64,000 nt of DNA from Macrostomum lignano (taxonomy: Eukaryota), in the NCBI GenBank assembly GCA_002269645.1, contig NIVC01002395.1, positions 114,453-178,452 of the forward strand. Reading direction: 5' to 3'. Shown here piece by piece: positions 1-13,900 of the stretch; position 1 is the stretch's first letter, and each line of letters starts with the position of its first letter. The position numbers and the translations under genes are program-made. The notes under the pieces are model-generated. The model was given only the letters and a program-made list of their open reading frames with translations, was not told the DNA's origin and ran no database searches.

Positions 1-229
1 GGAATTCATGGAAGCTCAGCCACTTTCATCCTGTCTGTCTCTTTCTTTCTCTCCTCTCCCCTCTACGACTCATTCGAGATGTACATAGCGCCTGCGTACG
101 TTTTTAATCCACATTTGCGCGCTCCTCACTCACACATCGAGCTATCGCATTTATATCGGAGACCATCTCGCTTAAAAATATTTGCGTTCATAATCGCCCT
201 GGGGAAGAATATCGGCACTTTGCTTGAAT

Positions 230-261
230 TGTCTGTCTATCTGTCTGTCTGTCTGTCTCTG

Positions 262-302
<41 letters not shown>

Positions 303-353
303 GCCTGTCTGTCTGTCTGCCTGTCTGTCTGTCTCTGTGTCTGTCTGTCTGTG

Positions 354-390
<37 letters not shown>

Positions 391-511
391 GTCTGTCTCT
401 GTGTCTGTCTGTGTGTCTGTCTGTCTGTCTGTCTCTGTCTGTCTGTCTGTCTATCTGTCCGTCTGTCTGTCTGTGTCTGTCTCTGTCTGTCTGTCTGTCT
501 GTCTGTCTGTG

Positions 512-544
<33 letters not shown>

Positions 545-567
545 GTCTGTCTGTCTGTCTGTCTCTG

Positions 568-652
<85 letters not shown>

Positions 653-780
653 GACTGACTCTCTGTCTGTCTGTCTGTGTCTGTCTCTGTCTGTCTGTCT
701 ATCTGTCTGCCTGTCTGTCTGTCTGTCTGTCTGACTGACTCTCTGTCTGTCTGTCTGACTGACTCTCTGTCTGTCTGTCA
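230..780. repeat. (GTCT)n microsatellite in a PNPLA intron
   Basis: Direct reading; it generates the spurious CLSV ORFs. Confidence 0.95.
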
Positions 781-815
781 GTTGCCAACCCAGCCCGCCC
801 CCCTTCAATCCGCAG

Positions 816-3800
816 GTGTGCAGCACCGATTCCACGAGTTCGGGCCCAACCAGCCGGTCTACTCGCTGCTAAGCTTCCTAGACGTGCTGACGGGCCACCC
901 GCGGCCCTATCGAACCCTGTCAGCAGAGGCGGTCACCGACGCCAAGGTGCTGCGCATTCCTTCCCGCCGTCTAGTTGGCCTGTTCGCCCAGCAGCAGTTC
1001 CAGCAGACCATGGTGCGCATAGTCCAGGTGATCACCATCCGACTGCAGCGGGTCACCTTTCAAGCCTTGAATAACTATTTGAGCCTGAGCACGGAATTGT
1101 TTAGCGCCGATAGGCAGTCGCTGCCGGACTGCGAGGTGCTCAAACTGCAGGGACGAATTGCTGAGCTGTCTGGCGTTCCCCTTCTGGTGTCGAGTAAAAC
1201 AGCAGCTTCTGCCGCGGCTGCGTCTTCGTCTGGCGGAGCTGCTGAAGCTGCGGCTGCTGCTGCATCGGCCAGTCTGGGGGACAGCGGCAGTAGCGGTGAG
1301 TGCAGACCGGTTGTCTAGCCTGGTGGGCTGCTCTATAGATATTGATCTAGGCTGCTCTAGAGATACATACGCTGTTCCATAGATACTGATGGCTGCTCTA
1401 TAGATGTTGATCTAGGCTGTTCTATAGATACTGATAGGCTGCTCTATAGATGTTGATCTAGGCTGTTCTATAGATACTGATAGGCTGCTCTATAGCTATT
1501 TATCTAGGCTGCTCTATAGATATTGATCTAGGCTGCTCTATAGATATTGATCTAGGCTGCTCTATAGCTATTGATCTAGGCTGCTCTATAGATATTGATC
1601 TAGGCTGCTCTATAGATATTGATCTAGGCTGCTCTATAGCTATTGATCTAGGCTGCTCTATAGATATTGATCTAGGCTGCTCTATAGATATTGATCTAGG
1701 CTGCTCTATAGCTATTGATCTAGGCTGCTCTATAGCTATTGATCTAGGCTGCTCTATAGATGTTGATCTAGGCTGCTCTATAGCTATTGATCTAGGCTGC
1801 TCTATAGATATTGATCTAGGCTGCTCTATAGCTATTGATCTAGGCTGCTCTATAGATATTGATCTAGGCTGCTCTATAGCTATTGATCTAGGCTGCTCTA
1901 TAGATATTGATCTAGGCTGCTCTATAGCTATTGATCTAGGCTGCTCTATAGATATTGATCTAGGCTGCTCTATAGCTATTGATCTAGGCTGCTCTATAGA
2001 TATTGATCTAGGCTGCTCTATAGATATTGATCTAGGCTGCTCTATAGATATTGGTAGACTACTATATATAAATTGATAGACTACTCTATAGAGATTGATA
2101 GGCTACTCTAGAGAGATGTATATAAATTACCGGAAGAGGTAGGTTGACCACCCAGGAAATTGATAGACTAACTTGGGAAATTGAGGGCATTCATTGAAGA
2201 AAATTTGAAAGGTCATCAAGATCCGAAGACAGTCTTGAACTCAATAGTAGCTTAGCTCGCCGGTGACACCGCATCCCGCTCATCTGGTTTATTGTTTTCC
2301 AGCCGCCGGTGGTCAGTCTCTTATTGAACAGGCGCAGCAGCAGCAGCGGCATTATCACCAAGACCAGACACCGCCAGTCCGCGTGTACACCCGCTCCCGG
2401 TCTCGGTCTCCGTCGGCGGCGGAATCTTCCACCGCAGCGTCCGACGCTCAGACAGTTGCCGCCGCTGTCGCCGCCTCGCCCGACGCGCCTTCCGTTTCAG
2501 CTTCGAACGACACCGATACGGACTTCGACGCCGCGGTTGAGAAGGCGTTGGGCAATCGGCGTACTAAGAAAGGCAGTCTGGAAGGCTTGGAGATGGGCGA
2601 ACTACCAAGGCGTCACATGTCGCTAAGTTTGCACTCAGGTGGAGGCGGCGGTGGCAGCGGCAGACGGCGGACATCGCGGGTGCCAGCAAACGAGCAGAGC
2701 GACGCGTTTCTGAGCACTTTGATGGCGGCGGCTAAGAAGGTAAAATTAGTGCGGCTCTGGCTTGAAGATGGGATGGGATTGATGGGTTCTCACTCTTGGA
2801 CTCTTGGATAGGTAGTGTGGCCTGTGGGATGGGTTCTCAGATGGGTGGTGTTGGATGGGTTCTCAGATGGGTGGTGTTGGGTGCTTTCTTACTCGTAGAT
2901 CAGAGGTGTGGGATGGGTGTTGGGTGGGTTCTCAGTGGGTGGTGTGGGATGGGTTCTCAGATGATGGTGTGGGATGGGTTCTCAGATGGTGGTGTGGGAT
3001 GGGTTCTCATATAGTGGTGTGGGATGGTTTCTCAGAAAGGTGGTATCTCAGTAGGTGGTGTGGGATGGGTTCTCAGTGGGTTGTATGGGATAGGTTCTCA
3101 GTGGGTGGTGTTTCTGTGTTCTTATATGGTGGTGTAGGATGGGTTCTCATATGGTTATGTAGGATGGGTTCTCTGAAAAATCACTGCCATATAAATTTGA
3201 GCACTCAACGATTCCCCAATCCCCCATCCGCAGGACATTGCGGCAGTATTCGGCCTGCCGGACGCCTCGCTACTGGAGGACCGGGTGACCCTGGCCAGGG
3301 TGAAGGCTGGCGCCAAGCTGGTCCGCCAGGGCGACCATTCGCCCAATCTATTCTTCGTAGTCAGTGGCCGCCTGCACCTGCTGCAGCAGTGCCACCCGCT
3401 GTCGGCCAGCGCGCCACCCGCAGTGAACACCCTGTACTCGGTGCTGCCCGGCGAGATGACCGGCATGATTTCAGCGCTGACTGGCGAAGCGTCGCTGTTC
3501 ACCATCCGCTGCGAGGAGGAGGCCCACGTGGCTGTGATCACCTGTCGGGATTTCTACGCTGTGTTGCGCCAACAGCCCAGCGCCGCTTTACACGTGGCGC
3601 ATTTTATTGTACGCCGAATGTCGCCGTTCCTTCGGCAGATTGACTTCGTATTGGATTGGCTGTTTCTGGAGTCCGGCAAGCCGCTTTATAAACAGGGCGA
3701 CATTGCCAGCAATGTTTATATTGTGCTGCAGGGCCGCCTGCGGCAGGCGCACACAACGCCTGAGGGGCACAAGCAGCTCACTGGGGAGCTGGGCCGCGGC

Positions 3801-6800
3801 GACTGGATCGGCTTTCTGGAGGTATATTTGCCTGCTTTCTGCGGCTTCTCGGTGCTGTTTGGCCAGCCTCCCATATCCTCAGTTGCTGGGCCAGCCTCCC
3901 AGATCCTCAGTTGCTGGGCCAGCCTCCCAGATCCTCAGTTGCTGGTGGCCAGCCTCCCATATCCTCAGTTGCTGGGCCAGCCTCCCAGATCCTCAGTTGC
4001 TGGGCCAGCCTCCCATATCCTCAGTTGCTGGGCCAGCCTCCCAGATCCCCAGTTGCTGGGCCAGCCTCCCAGATCCTCCGTTGCTGGGCCAGCCTCCCAG
4101 ATCCTCCGTTGCTGGGCCAGCCTCCCAGATCCTCAGTTGCTGGGCCAGCCTCCCAGATCCCCAGTTGCTGGGCCAGCCTCCCAGATCCTCCGTTGCTGGG
4201 CCAGCCTCCCAGATCCTCCGTTGCTGGGCCAGCCTCCCAGATCCTCAGTTGCTGGTGGCCAGCCTCCCAGATCCTCAGTTGCTGGGCCAGCCTCCCAGAT
4301 CCTCCGTTGCTGGGCCAGCCTCCCAGATCCTCAGTTGCTGGGCCAGCTTCCCAGATGCTCAGTTGCTGGGCCAGCCTCCCAGATCCTCAGTTGCTGGGCC
4401 AGCCTCCCAGATCCTCAGTTGCTGGGCCAGCCTCCCAGATCCTCCGTTGCTAGGCCAGCCTCCCAGATCCTCAGTTGCTGGGTCAGCCTCCCAGATCCTC
4501 CGTTGCTAGGCCAGCCTCCCAGATCCCCAGTTGCTGGGCCAGCCTCCCAGATCCTCCGTTGCTGGGCCAGCCTCCCAGATCCTCCGTTGCTGGGCCAGCC
4601 TCCCAGATCCTCAGTTGCTGGTGGCCAGCCTCCCAGATGCTCAGTTGCTGGGCCAGCCTCCCTGATCCTCCGTTGCTAGGCACTCTACCAGAACCTGCAT
4701 CCAATTCTAAATTCGCGCAGGTGTTCACCCTGCGCCCCCGCGCCACCACGGTCATCGCTGTCCGAGACAGCGAACTCGCCCAGATCCCCGTTGACCTGCT
4801 GAACATGATCAAGCGCCGGCACCCGCATATCGTCACCCGGTTGATCACAGTGCTGTCCCAGCGACTGCTAGGCAACATTGTTGACAATCCCGGCGGCTCA
4901 GGCCGCGGCGCCGACATGGTGGACCTGCACCGGGTGCCCATGGCCAACCTCCGCTCCGTGGCGCTGTTCCCAGCCAGCTCGCGGGTGCCGCTCGAGGCCT
5001 TCGCCTTGGAGCTGCAGCACGCCCTGTCTATTGTTGGGCCCAGCATGCGCCTGACCTCGCAGATTGTGCTCAAACGGTTCGGTCGGCGGGCATTCGAGCG
5101 CGACAATGAGTATAGAATGACCAGCTGGCTGGCCCAGCAGGAGGACAATCACCGGCTGCTGCTGTACCTGTGCGATCTCGAGCGCACCGTCTGGACTCGG
5201 CGTTGCATTCGACAGGCCGACTGTCTGCTGATTGTGGCCTTGGCCGACGAGAAAGTTGACGCTATGAATCACGTTAAGCGGGTTAGTGTTGGGATTTGAT
5301 TTTTATCTGCTTTTCTGTGTGGATTGGGGCTGGATTGTGTTGTGGATTATGGAGTGGTTCTGGCTTGGGTTGTGGGGTGGATTGACGCTGTATTGTGGGG
5401 TGGATTGAGGCTGGGTTATGGGGTGGATTGGGGCTGGGTTATGGGGTGGATCGGGGCTGGGTTATGGGGTGGATTGGGGCTGGGTTATGGGGTGGATTGG
5501 GGCTGGGTTATGGGGTGGATTGGGGCTGGGTTATGGGGTGGATCGGGGCTGGGTTATGGGGTGGATTGGGGCTGGGTTATGGGGTGGATTGGGGCTGGGT
5601 TATGGGGTGGATCGGGGCTGGGTTATGGGGTGGATTGACGCTGTATTTTGGGGTGGATTGAGGCTGGGTTATGGGGTGGACTGGGGCTGGGTTATGGGGT
5701 GGATTGGGGCTGGGTTATGGGGTGGATTGGGGCTGGGTTATGGGGTGGATTGGGGCTGGGTTATGGGGTGGATTGGGGCTGGGTTATGGGGTGGATTGGG
5801 GCTGGGTTATGGGGTGGATCGGGGCTGGGTTATGGGGTGGATTGGGGCTGGGTTATGGGGTGGATTCAAGCTGGATCATGTGATGTTAGGCGTGCTGTAT
5901 CCCATTGTTTTCCTCACTTCTGTGTCTCCAAACCTCAGGTGGTGCTGCCGGACTCCAGCCGGTTGCTGAACATGCTGATCCTGCTGCACCGCGAATCAGT
6001 CGAGTACCCAACGCCAGGCAAGGCGGCGGAGCTTCTTAACAAAGCTTCCGAGCCGCACTTCGATAATCAGCTAGTTATCCAGCAGCATCTGCACATCCGG
6101 GTGCCTAAGCGCGTGTTCGCCCGGCGCAGTTCCAATCGAGTGCTGGAGACCTACAGGGCTGTGCTGTCCGAGCCGCCCAATCCAATGTCGGACATGTGCC
6201 GGCTGGCCAGGGTTATCACTAGCACTGCCGTTGGCCTGGTGCTGGGCGGCGGCGGGGCCCGGGGCCTGTCGCATCTGGGCGTGATCCGCGCCCTGACTGA
6301 GGCTGGCATCCCTATCGACATGGTTGGCGGCACCTCGATTGGCTCTTTTGTTGGCGCTCTGTGGGCGGAGGAGACGCAACGATTGGACCGATTTCAGGTA
6401 ATTTTTTTCAATTGACTCCCGAATAGCGGGATTGGACTAATTCAGTTTTCCAATCATTCCAATTATTTTATTTTTTTCACCTTATGCAATACCGAATTAC
6501 AAATGGAATGAGAATATACAATATTTGCCCTACGCTCATTCTCTCTCCTCTCCCCTTCTCTCCCCCTCTCCCTCTCTCCCTCTCCCTCTCTCCCTCTCTC
6601 CCTCTCCCCTTCTCTCCCTCTCTCCCTCTCTCCCTCTCCCTCTCTCCCTCTCCCCTTCTCTCCCTCTCTCCCTCTCCCCTCTCCCCTTCTCTCCCTCTCT
6701 CCCTCTCTCCCTCTCCCTCTCTCCCTCTCCCCTTCTCTCCCTCTCTCCCTCTCTCTCCCCTTCTCTCCCCCTCTCCCTCTCTCCCTCTCCCTCTCTCTCT

Positions 6801-9588
6801 CCCCTCTCCTCCCTCTCTTATTTCTCTCCTCCCTTTCTCCCTTTCTCCCTTTCTCCCTCTCCTTCCCCTCCCTCTCTCCCTCTCGCCTCTCATTCTCCTC
6901 TCCCTCCCAGCTGCCTATTGCTTGCACTGCCTCATCCCCTTTTTCCCTATTTCCCCAACTCTAAAGATGCATAATTCTTCCTGTTATCCTTATTCGTAGT
7001 AATAACCAAATTAATAAACTCACCCCATGCAACATTGGCCAGGACCGAGCCAGGAAATTCTCTCGCGAGATGAGCTCGCTGTGGAGCAAGCTGGCCGACC
7101 TGACCTACCCACAGACGGCCATGTTCACCGGGCGCGCCTTCAACCGCGGCATCGAGGCGGTATTCCGCGACAGAAACATTGAAGATCTCTGGCTGCCGTA
7201 TTTCTGCATCACAACGGATATAACAAAGTCGCAGATGCGGGTGCACACCAGCGGCTCATTGTGGCGCTACGTTCGAGCCAGCATGTCTCTGAGCGGCTAC
7301 CTGCCACCCCTATGCGATCCGGAGAACGGCAACCTGCTTCTGGACGGCGGCTACGTCAACAACCTGCCAGCCGACGTGATGCGATCCAAGTACGGACCGT
7401 CCACCGTGTTTGCAGTGGATGTCGGCTCTCAGGATGAGACTAATCTGACTAATTATGGCGACGAGCTGTCCGGCTGGTGGCTGCTTTATAAGAAGCTTAA
7501 TCCCTTCTCTGTGCGGGTGAGTGCGCGTCTGCATTCTGATCTCAACAAGCCCTCTTTGGTCTTCAATAGCTACCTCAACACAATAGCTACCTCAACACAA
7601 TAGCTACCTCAACACAATAGCTACCTCAACACAATAGCTACCTCAACACAATAGCTACCTCAACACAATAGCTACCTCAACACAATAGCTACCTCAACAC
7701 AATAGCTACCTCAACACAATAGCTACCTCAACACAATAGCTACCTCAACACAATAGCTACCTCAACACAATAGCTACCTCAACACAATAGCTACCTCAAC
7801 ACAATAGCTACCTCAACACAATAGCTACCTCAACACAATAGCTACCTCAACACAATAGCTACCTCAACACAATAGCTACCTCAACACAATAGCTACCTCA
7901 ACACAATAGCTACCTCAACACAATAGCTACCTCAACACAATAGCTACCTCAACACAATAGCTACCTCAACACAATAGCTACCTCAACACAATAGCTACCT
8001 CAACACAATAGCTACCTCAACACAATAGCTACCTCAACACAATAGCTACCTCAACACAATAGCTACCTCAACACAATAGCTACCTCAACACAATAGCTAC
8101 CTCAACACAAGTCCCCTTAGGTTCTTCCATAGCTACCACATCAAAGCTCTATCACTCTTAAATAGCTGCCACATCAAAGCTCTATCACTCTTCAATAGCT
8201 ACCACATCAAAGCTCTCTATCACTCTTCAATAGCTACCACATCAAAGCTCTATCACGTACTCTTCAATAGCTACCACATCAAAGCTCTATCACTCTTCAA
8301 TAGCTACCACATCAAAGCTCTATCACGTACTCTTCAATAGCTACCACATCAAAGCTCTATCACTCTTCAATAGCTACCACATCAAAGCTCTATCACGTAC
8401 TCTTCAATAGCTACCACATCAAAGCTCTATCACGTACTCTTCAATAGCTACCACATCAAAGCTCTATCACTCTTCAATAGCTACCACATCAAAGCTCTAT
8501 CACGTACTCTTCAATAGCTACCACAGCAAAGCTCTATCACTTCCATAGCTACCACAGCAAAGCTCTATCACTCTTCCATAGCTACCACAGCAAAGCTCTA
8601 TCACTCTTCCATAGCTACCTCGCCCCGCCCCGCTCTCCAGGTGAACGTGCCCAACCTGACGGAGATTCAGTCCCGCCTAGCCTACGTGTCCTGCGTGCGC
8701 CAGCTCGAGAGCGTCAAATCCGACGGCATCTGCGAGTACATGCGCCCTCCAATCGAAGCCTACGGCACTCTGCAGTTCGGCTCATTCGACGAAATCAACA
8801 ACGTCGGCTACCGGTACTGCCTGGATCAGATCGAGCGCTGGGCCCGCGCCAAGAAGCTGCCAGTGTTGAAACGCCAGGTTGCCCAGGAGGTAGCCGACGT
8901 GCTGATGGCTGGCGGGCGGGAGGACGCCTCGCTGCGGTTCACCGACCTGGCCGAGATGGTCTGCCGGATCGACCGGCCTGCGGGAGCCGCCGCCGCCGCC
9001 GCCGGAGCCGCCGACGACAGCCCCGCTGGCCGCCGTTTTGCCAATTTTGTCGACTTCAACGACGACGACGATTGCGACAGCTACTGGTGCGGCGAGAATT
9101 TCGACGACGACGACGACGACGACTACGAAGAAGAAGACTCCGATGATGATGACGGGGTCCACGGCAAAGCGGCCTGCTGGTCTGACGACGACTTCCTGCT
9201 GGAGGAGGACAGCGACACGGAGGCCGACGCCGCGGCCGCTGCCGCTTCATCTGACTGCGGCGTCCGTGGCGGCGGTGCCAAACGATCTCAAGGCGGCGGG
9301 CCTGCCGCTGATGGCAGCGGCGCCGAAGCCGGCGGCGGCCTGAGCCGTCGGACTAAGCGACATCATTCCGATCCGGAGCTGTTCGGAGCCGACGTGGTTG
9401 CCGCCGCCGCCGCTGCAGCTGCCGCTGCTGTCGCTGCCGAAGGCTACGCCGGTGAAAATCGATTATTGTCGTCCGAAGCCCCGCCGGCTGGCCAGGGTGT
9501 TCGCCGACGCCGTCGTCTGCCGCGGCATCGACGTGAGCAGCAGCAGCAGCAGGAGAAGCGGGTGAAATTCGCTGAGCAGCAGCAGTGA
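816..9588 (+). CDS. PNPLA6: Neuropathy target esterase / swiss cheese (PNPLA6/7-like), 5'-incomplete; exons 816-1295, 2303-2739, 3234-3821, 4721-5281, 5939-6397, 7043-7516, 8641-9588
   Basis: cNMP-binding-domain segments ([20 protein letters not shown]; [20 protein letters not shown]...ELGRGDWIG...[15 protein letters not shown]), patatin motifs [26 protein letters not shown], and C-terminal [11 protein letters not shown]. All GT-AG junctions are phase-compatible (1,0,0,0,0,0). The N-terminus lies upstream of the window. PNPLA6 vs PNPLA7 cannot be distinguished. Confidence 0.95.
1320..2055. repeat. 24-bp minisatellite (GATCTAGGCTGCTCTATAGATATT)n
   Basis: About 30 near-identical units filling the intron 1296-2302. 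Confidence 0.93.
2815..3170. repeat. Degenerate ~25-bp minisatellite (GTGGGATGGGTTCTCAGATGGTGGT-like)
   Basis: Direct reading, intronic. Confidence 0.85.
3860..4680. repeat. 28-bp minisatellite (GCTGGGCCAGCCTCCCAGATCCTCAGTT)n
   Basis: Fills intron 3822-4720 and explains the read-through ORFs 3607-4679. Confidence 0.95.
5395..5870. repeat. 23-bp G-rich minisatellite (GGGGCTGGGTTATGGGGTGGATT)n
   Basis: Direct reading, intron 5282-5938. Confidence 0.93.
6540..6905. repeat. CT-rich polypyrimidine low-complexity tract
   Basis: Direct reading, intron 6398-7042. Confidence 0.9.
7557..8620. repeat. Compound array: perfect 17-mer (TAGCTACCTCAACACAA)n then 33/37-mer (TCTTCAATAGCTACCACATCAAAGCTCTATCAC[GTAC])n
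   Basis: Direct reading; both units share AATAGCTACC. Confidence 0.93.
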
Positions 9589-10259
9589 TGTTTTACAGAA
9601 TAATATCGCAATTCAAATTGGTGCGAGTTGCCGTTGACTTTTTTATAACAAATACTATATGTACATTTCGCATAAACAGAGTTCATTTTTATTTTAGTTA
9701 AGTTTCGCTGTCAATAGCCTTTCCATCTACTAATAGTAGCTGTCTAGCTGCTTGCTTCTGTGTTTTTAGCAGTTTGATTTTTTGTAGAAGTTAATCACAA
9801 TATTAATTTTCTTAGAATACTAGTTGCCTAGGAATAGTTTGTTTGTTGTTGTCCGACGTTTTAAAGTAGCTTTAGATTTGATTTAATGAGTGCGCCCGTG
9901 TACAGTTTGACTCTGATTGTACAGCTGGTTTTGCGAGTGCCTTGCCCCGGGGTTTTTTCGGCTTCAGCTTTTTAGTTCAGCTTCTCCTCGTAAAATCTCT
10001 ATTGCTCCATAAATTCATTTCTGCCGCTTTGTATTTTTTGCTGAGAATGTTCGTAGCATACTACTGCTTATTTTGTTTATCTTACTCTGCAGTAGTAAAT
10101 ATATAGAACCTAAAAAAGTTCAAAAAGGTCACATTTTGTTATACCGCATCTTTCCCGAGTCAATTGTCATTGAAAAGTTTCTCGTAATTAATTTAATTCG
10201 TGCTTTGCTTGAGCTGACGTTAGGTTAGGTTGCAGTTTATGTGTTTCGCAAGGTGCTTA

Positions 10260-10452
10260 AAGATTGATTGATTGATAAATTTATTGATTGATTTTTACTG
10301 ATTGTTTGATTGATTAATCGATCGATCGATCGATTGATTTACAAACAATCGATTGATTTACAAACAATCGATTGATTGGTTGATCGATTAATTGATTGAT
10401 TGACTGATTGATGGATTGATTGATAAATTGGTCGATTGATTTTCATTGATCG

Positions 10453-10486
<34 letters not shown>

Positions 10487-10580
10487 CGATTTATTGATTG
10501 ACTGATTGATTGATTGATCGATTGATCGATTAATTGATTGATTGATCAATTGATTGATTGATTAATTGATTGATCGATTG
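10260..10580. repeat. (ATTG)n microsatellite
   Basis: Direct reading. Confidence 0.9.
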
Positions 10581-10951
10581 TTCTGCTCAGTCCTCAGTCC
10601 ATAACTAGCGACTTGCTAAGCAGATGAAGATTTTAAATCTCCGCTGTTGCAAAGAAAGTAGAAAATGAGGAAGCCTCAGTCGCAGCAATTTTTTTAAGTA
10701 AGAAAAAACCAATGGTTTGTCGAGTCGAGTTTTTTTGTGTCAAAAACTGCCCAGCCCAGTCCTGCGGTGGTACAGAAAATGAAAAAAATATGATGGCTCC
10801 TGCCGAGCCCAGTCAGTCCAATGACGATTGGCCGGCAATAAAAAACGATCAGTTCTTCACAAAAAGCAAACTGTATAGTCAGTCGAACAAAGGAGAGGAT
10901 TGGGCTCGGGAGAAAAAATGCTCAGTATTGTCCCAGCTGCTGGCTGAAGGA

Positions 10952-13900
10952 TCATCGCGCGACGCTCTGTGTGAGCTGCACCGGCTGCAGGCCGCACTGC
11001 TTCACGTCCGTCACGTCCTGGTCTGTAAGACGAAACGTGAATAACGGGCTGACGCTGCACTCTTCGATTGCTTTGACGGTGTATCGGCACCACCGGCTGA
11101 CGCTGAACTCCTGGCCAAGCTGGCAGGGCGAAGACCGCGCCTTGCCGCCAAGTCGGGGCTCCTCCACAATCAGATAGCAGCTGGCGTTGCTGCCGTCCGA
11201 GTCGGCGTCGTTTGAAACATTTGACCTGCCAGCCTCGGATGGCAGCAGGCGGGCCTTCAGCTTGGCCAAATCAACGTCCAGGTGCAGGCAGATCCCGGCT
11301 TGGTACGTTGTTGCCGCGGTTGACGCGTCCAAGCCTTCGGACAGGCTGCTGGGATTGCGGCCGAGCCCGGAGTCGTCATGCCGACTGCTGCTTCGGCAGC
11401 CTACGCCAACGCCGCTGCCGACGCTGCCGCCGCACGAATAAGTCGACGCGTCGGCCGCCTCAAGAGCGGCGTTGGTAGCCGCCGCCGCAGCCGCCGCAGA
11501 GACGGATGTAGCCGTGGAGCCGCGGCTGGTGGAGCGCAGGCCGGCCTGGCCAAAGCGGCGACTGAGCGGCCGGCTGCCGCTCGTGTGCAGAATTCTATAG
11601 CGAGTTCGGCTGCCGCCGATGCCAATGCCCAGCGGGCAGCAGAAGCTGCCGTCAGGCTGGCGCTGGAAGGGCGGCTGCAGCTCCAGGACGCTGTTGCTCG
11701 ACAGCTGCTGCTGCTGCGCCGTGGCCGCATCGAGGCTGTTGTCATTGTTGCTGGCCGTTGTCGAACTCGCCGACGGTAGGTCGCGCTGCACAGTGACGTG
11801 GAGGCGAACGTCGCCGCCTTTGACCTCCTTGACGTAGAGGGACCGGCTGCGGACGGACAGCACGGAAGCTGGCAGCACACTGCGGTTGTCGGGATCCACC
11901 ACGCTGATGAGGTAGTCGGACTCGTGGTCCAGGCTCACGCTTTCCATGGTGCGCATCGTCACCGGGTGGACGCTGCCCTCAAACACGATGGTGCGCGAGT
12001 CTGGGCGGGCCGTGCCGTCCTCGTGCCGGCCGAGCAGCTTCTCAACTCGGTAGATTTTGCGCTCCAAGCCGTTCACGGTGCCAATGATGAGGGTGTTTTG
12101 AACCGAATCAACGTCCAAAAAGAACTCGCCCAGCCAAGGCGTGTCGACGTCAATCGATTTCTCGTCGAATGTGACGTGGAGCACGAAGGTGGCGCGTTGG
12201 TCGACCCGGCGTTCCATGAGGAAGTTCATGAACTTGGGCGCCAGGCGGGACTCCTGGACTCGAAGCACCTTGCGCTCGGTGACGAGGTCCAGCAGCTCCA
12301 GAGGCTGGCCCATGTTAGGCAGCTTCACCATCAGGGTGTAGGGGGTGTCCCTGGCTGCGATCAGCTCGCAGCTGGCCTGCTCGTCCCCGGGTCGCAGAGA
12401 CGCCGTCTGCAACTGCGGCTGGTCGCCCTCCTTGCGGCACAGCAGCTGAACGTCGATGTTGCGTTTCAACTGGTCGGGCTCCGGCAGGGTCACCGTCATG
12501 CGCTCCTTGCGCACCTGGTAGATGATGCGCATGTTTGGCAGGTACCTGCGCCAGGGCAAGGATGGAAAGATGGAATTGATTTGTGCTGACTTTAGAGCAC
12601 AGACATGCTCAAGCGAGCCAATACTGTACGCAGGCTGTACTCATGCACACGCTCCCAGATCCCCGTGCTCACTTGCTAGTGGTATTCAGGCCGCTGGAGT
12701 TGTCGAACCTGCGCAGCTTCATAGCAGATTTGGACGTCGCTGTAGCAACAGATTTAGTTTGCATCGGCCTCGTGAACTGCTCCACATCGGCTTCAGCTTC
12801 GCCTTCGCCATCTCCGCAGCCGTCGCCTTCGCCCTGTGCCTCATCTTGGTACTGCTCCGCCTCCTGCTCTTCCAGCTGCTGGTCTTGCAGCTGTCGCTGC
12901 TGCTGCTGCTGTTGTTGTTGCTGTTGTTGTTGCTGTTGTTGTTGCTGTTGTTGCTGTTGTTGTCGATGACTTTCTCGCTGTCGCTGCTGCGGCGGTGGCG
13001 GCGGCGGTGCGGTAGCGATGGGGACTATGGAGACATCGGCGCAGGTTGCCGCGCCCTGGCTGCAGGTGCTCACCGTTGCGGACGCTTTGGCGCGCTGGAA
13101 CCAGGTGGCGAACCAGCAGGCTAGGAGGCCGAGCTCTTTCACTTCAACGTCCTGCTCGTGCGGCGTCAGCGACAGCAGTGCGGTGGCCGGCTGCTGGTGA
13201 CACTTTAGGCAGTACAGGTACTCGCTGTGCGGACTATAGGCTAGGCCAGGCCCCTGTAATTCAGATAAGAGCAGCTTGCGTGCAGGAGCAAGGGTGCTGA
13301 TCAGGTAAAATAAGAGCAGCTTGCGTGCAGGAGCTGGGGTGCTGTTCAGGTAAGATAAGAGCAGCTTGCGTGCAGGAGCTGGGGTGCTGTTCAGGTAAGA
13401 TAAGAGCAGCTTGCGTGCAGGAGCTGGGGTGCTGTTCAGGTAAGATAAGAGCAGCTTGCGTGCTAGAGCTAGGGTGCTGTTCAGGTAAGATAAGAGCAGC
13501 TTGCGTGCAGGAGCTGGGGTGCTGTTCAGGTAAGATAAGAGCAGCTTGTGTGCTGGAGCTGGGGTGCTGTTCAGATAAGATAAGAGCAGCTTGTGTGCTG
13601 GAGCTGGGGTGCTGTTCAGGTAAGATAAGAGCAGCTTGTGTGCTGGAGCTGGGGTGCTGTTCAGATAAGAGCAGCTTGTGTGCAGGATCTAAGATCAAGA
13701 AACTAAAACTTGAATTGAAAGGAAGAGTTCAGCTAGAGAGGGAATTGGTAGGGCTACAAAAATGCAGGCATGTAAAAAATGTGACTCACGTTCGGCTTGA
13801 CAGCGCAGTCCCTGTACAGCACCCTTGGCCGGCACCTGCCACAGGCGACCTGCCTGCAGTTGGGTTGGCAGCGCTCCCGGCCGTACAGCAGCACGTCAAA

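Noticed and set aside
79-835. Long CLSV / QTDR ORFs
   Set aside because: Translations of the (GTCT)n microsatellite in an intron.
3607-4679. Repetitive CWASLPDP ORFs extending the cNMP exon
   Set aside because: 28-bp intronic array; the true exon ends at the GT donor at 3822 and resumes at 4721.
10215-10235. GTTAGGTTAGGTT telomere-like motif
   Set aside because: Only two units; not a telomeric array.
8782-12589. Antisense ORFs over GC-rich exons (e.g. 8782-9162, 11378-11779, 11798-12589)
   Set aside because: Shadow ORFs of GC3-rich coding sequence on the opposite strand.
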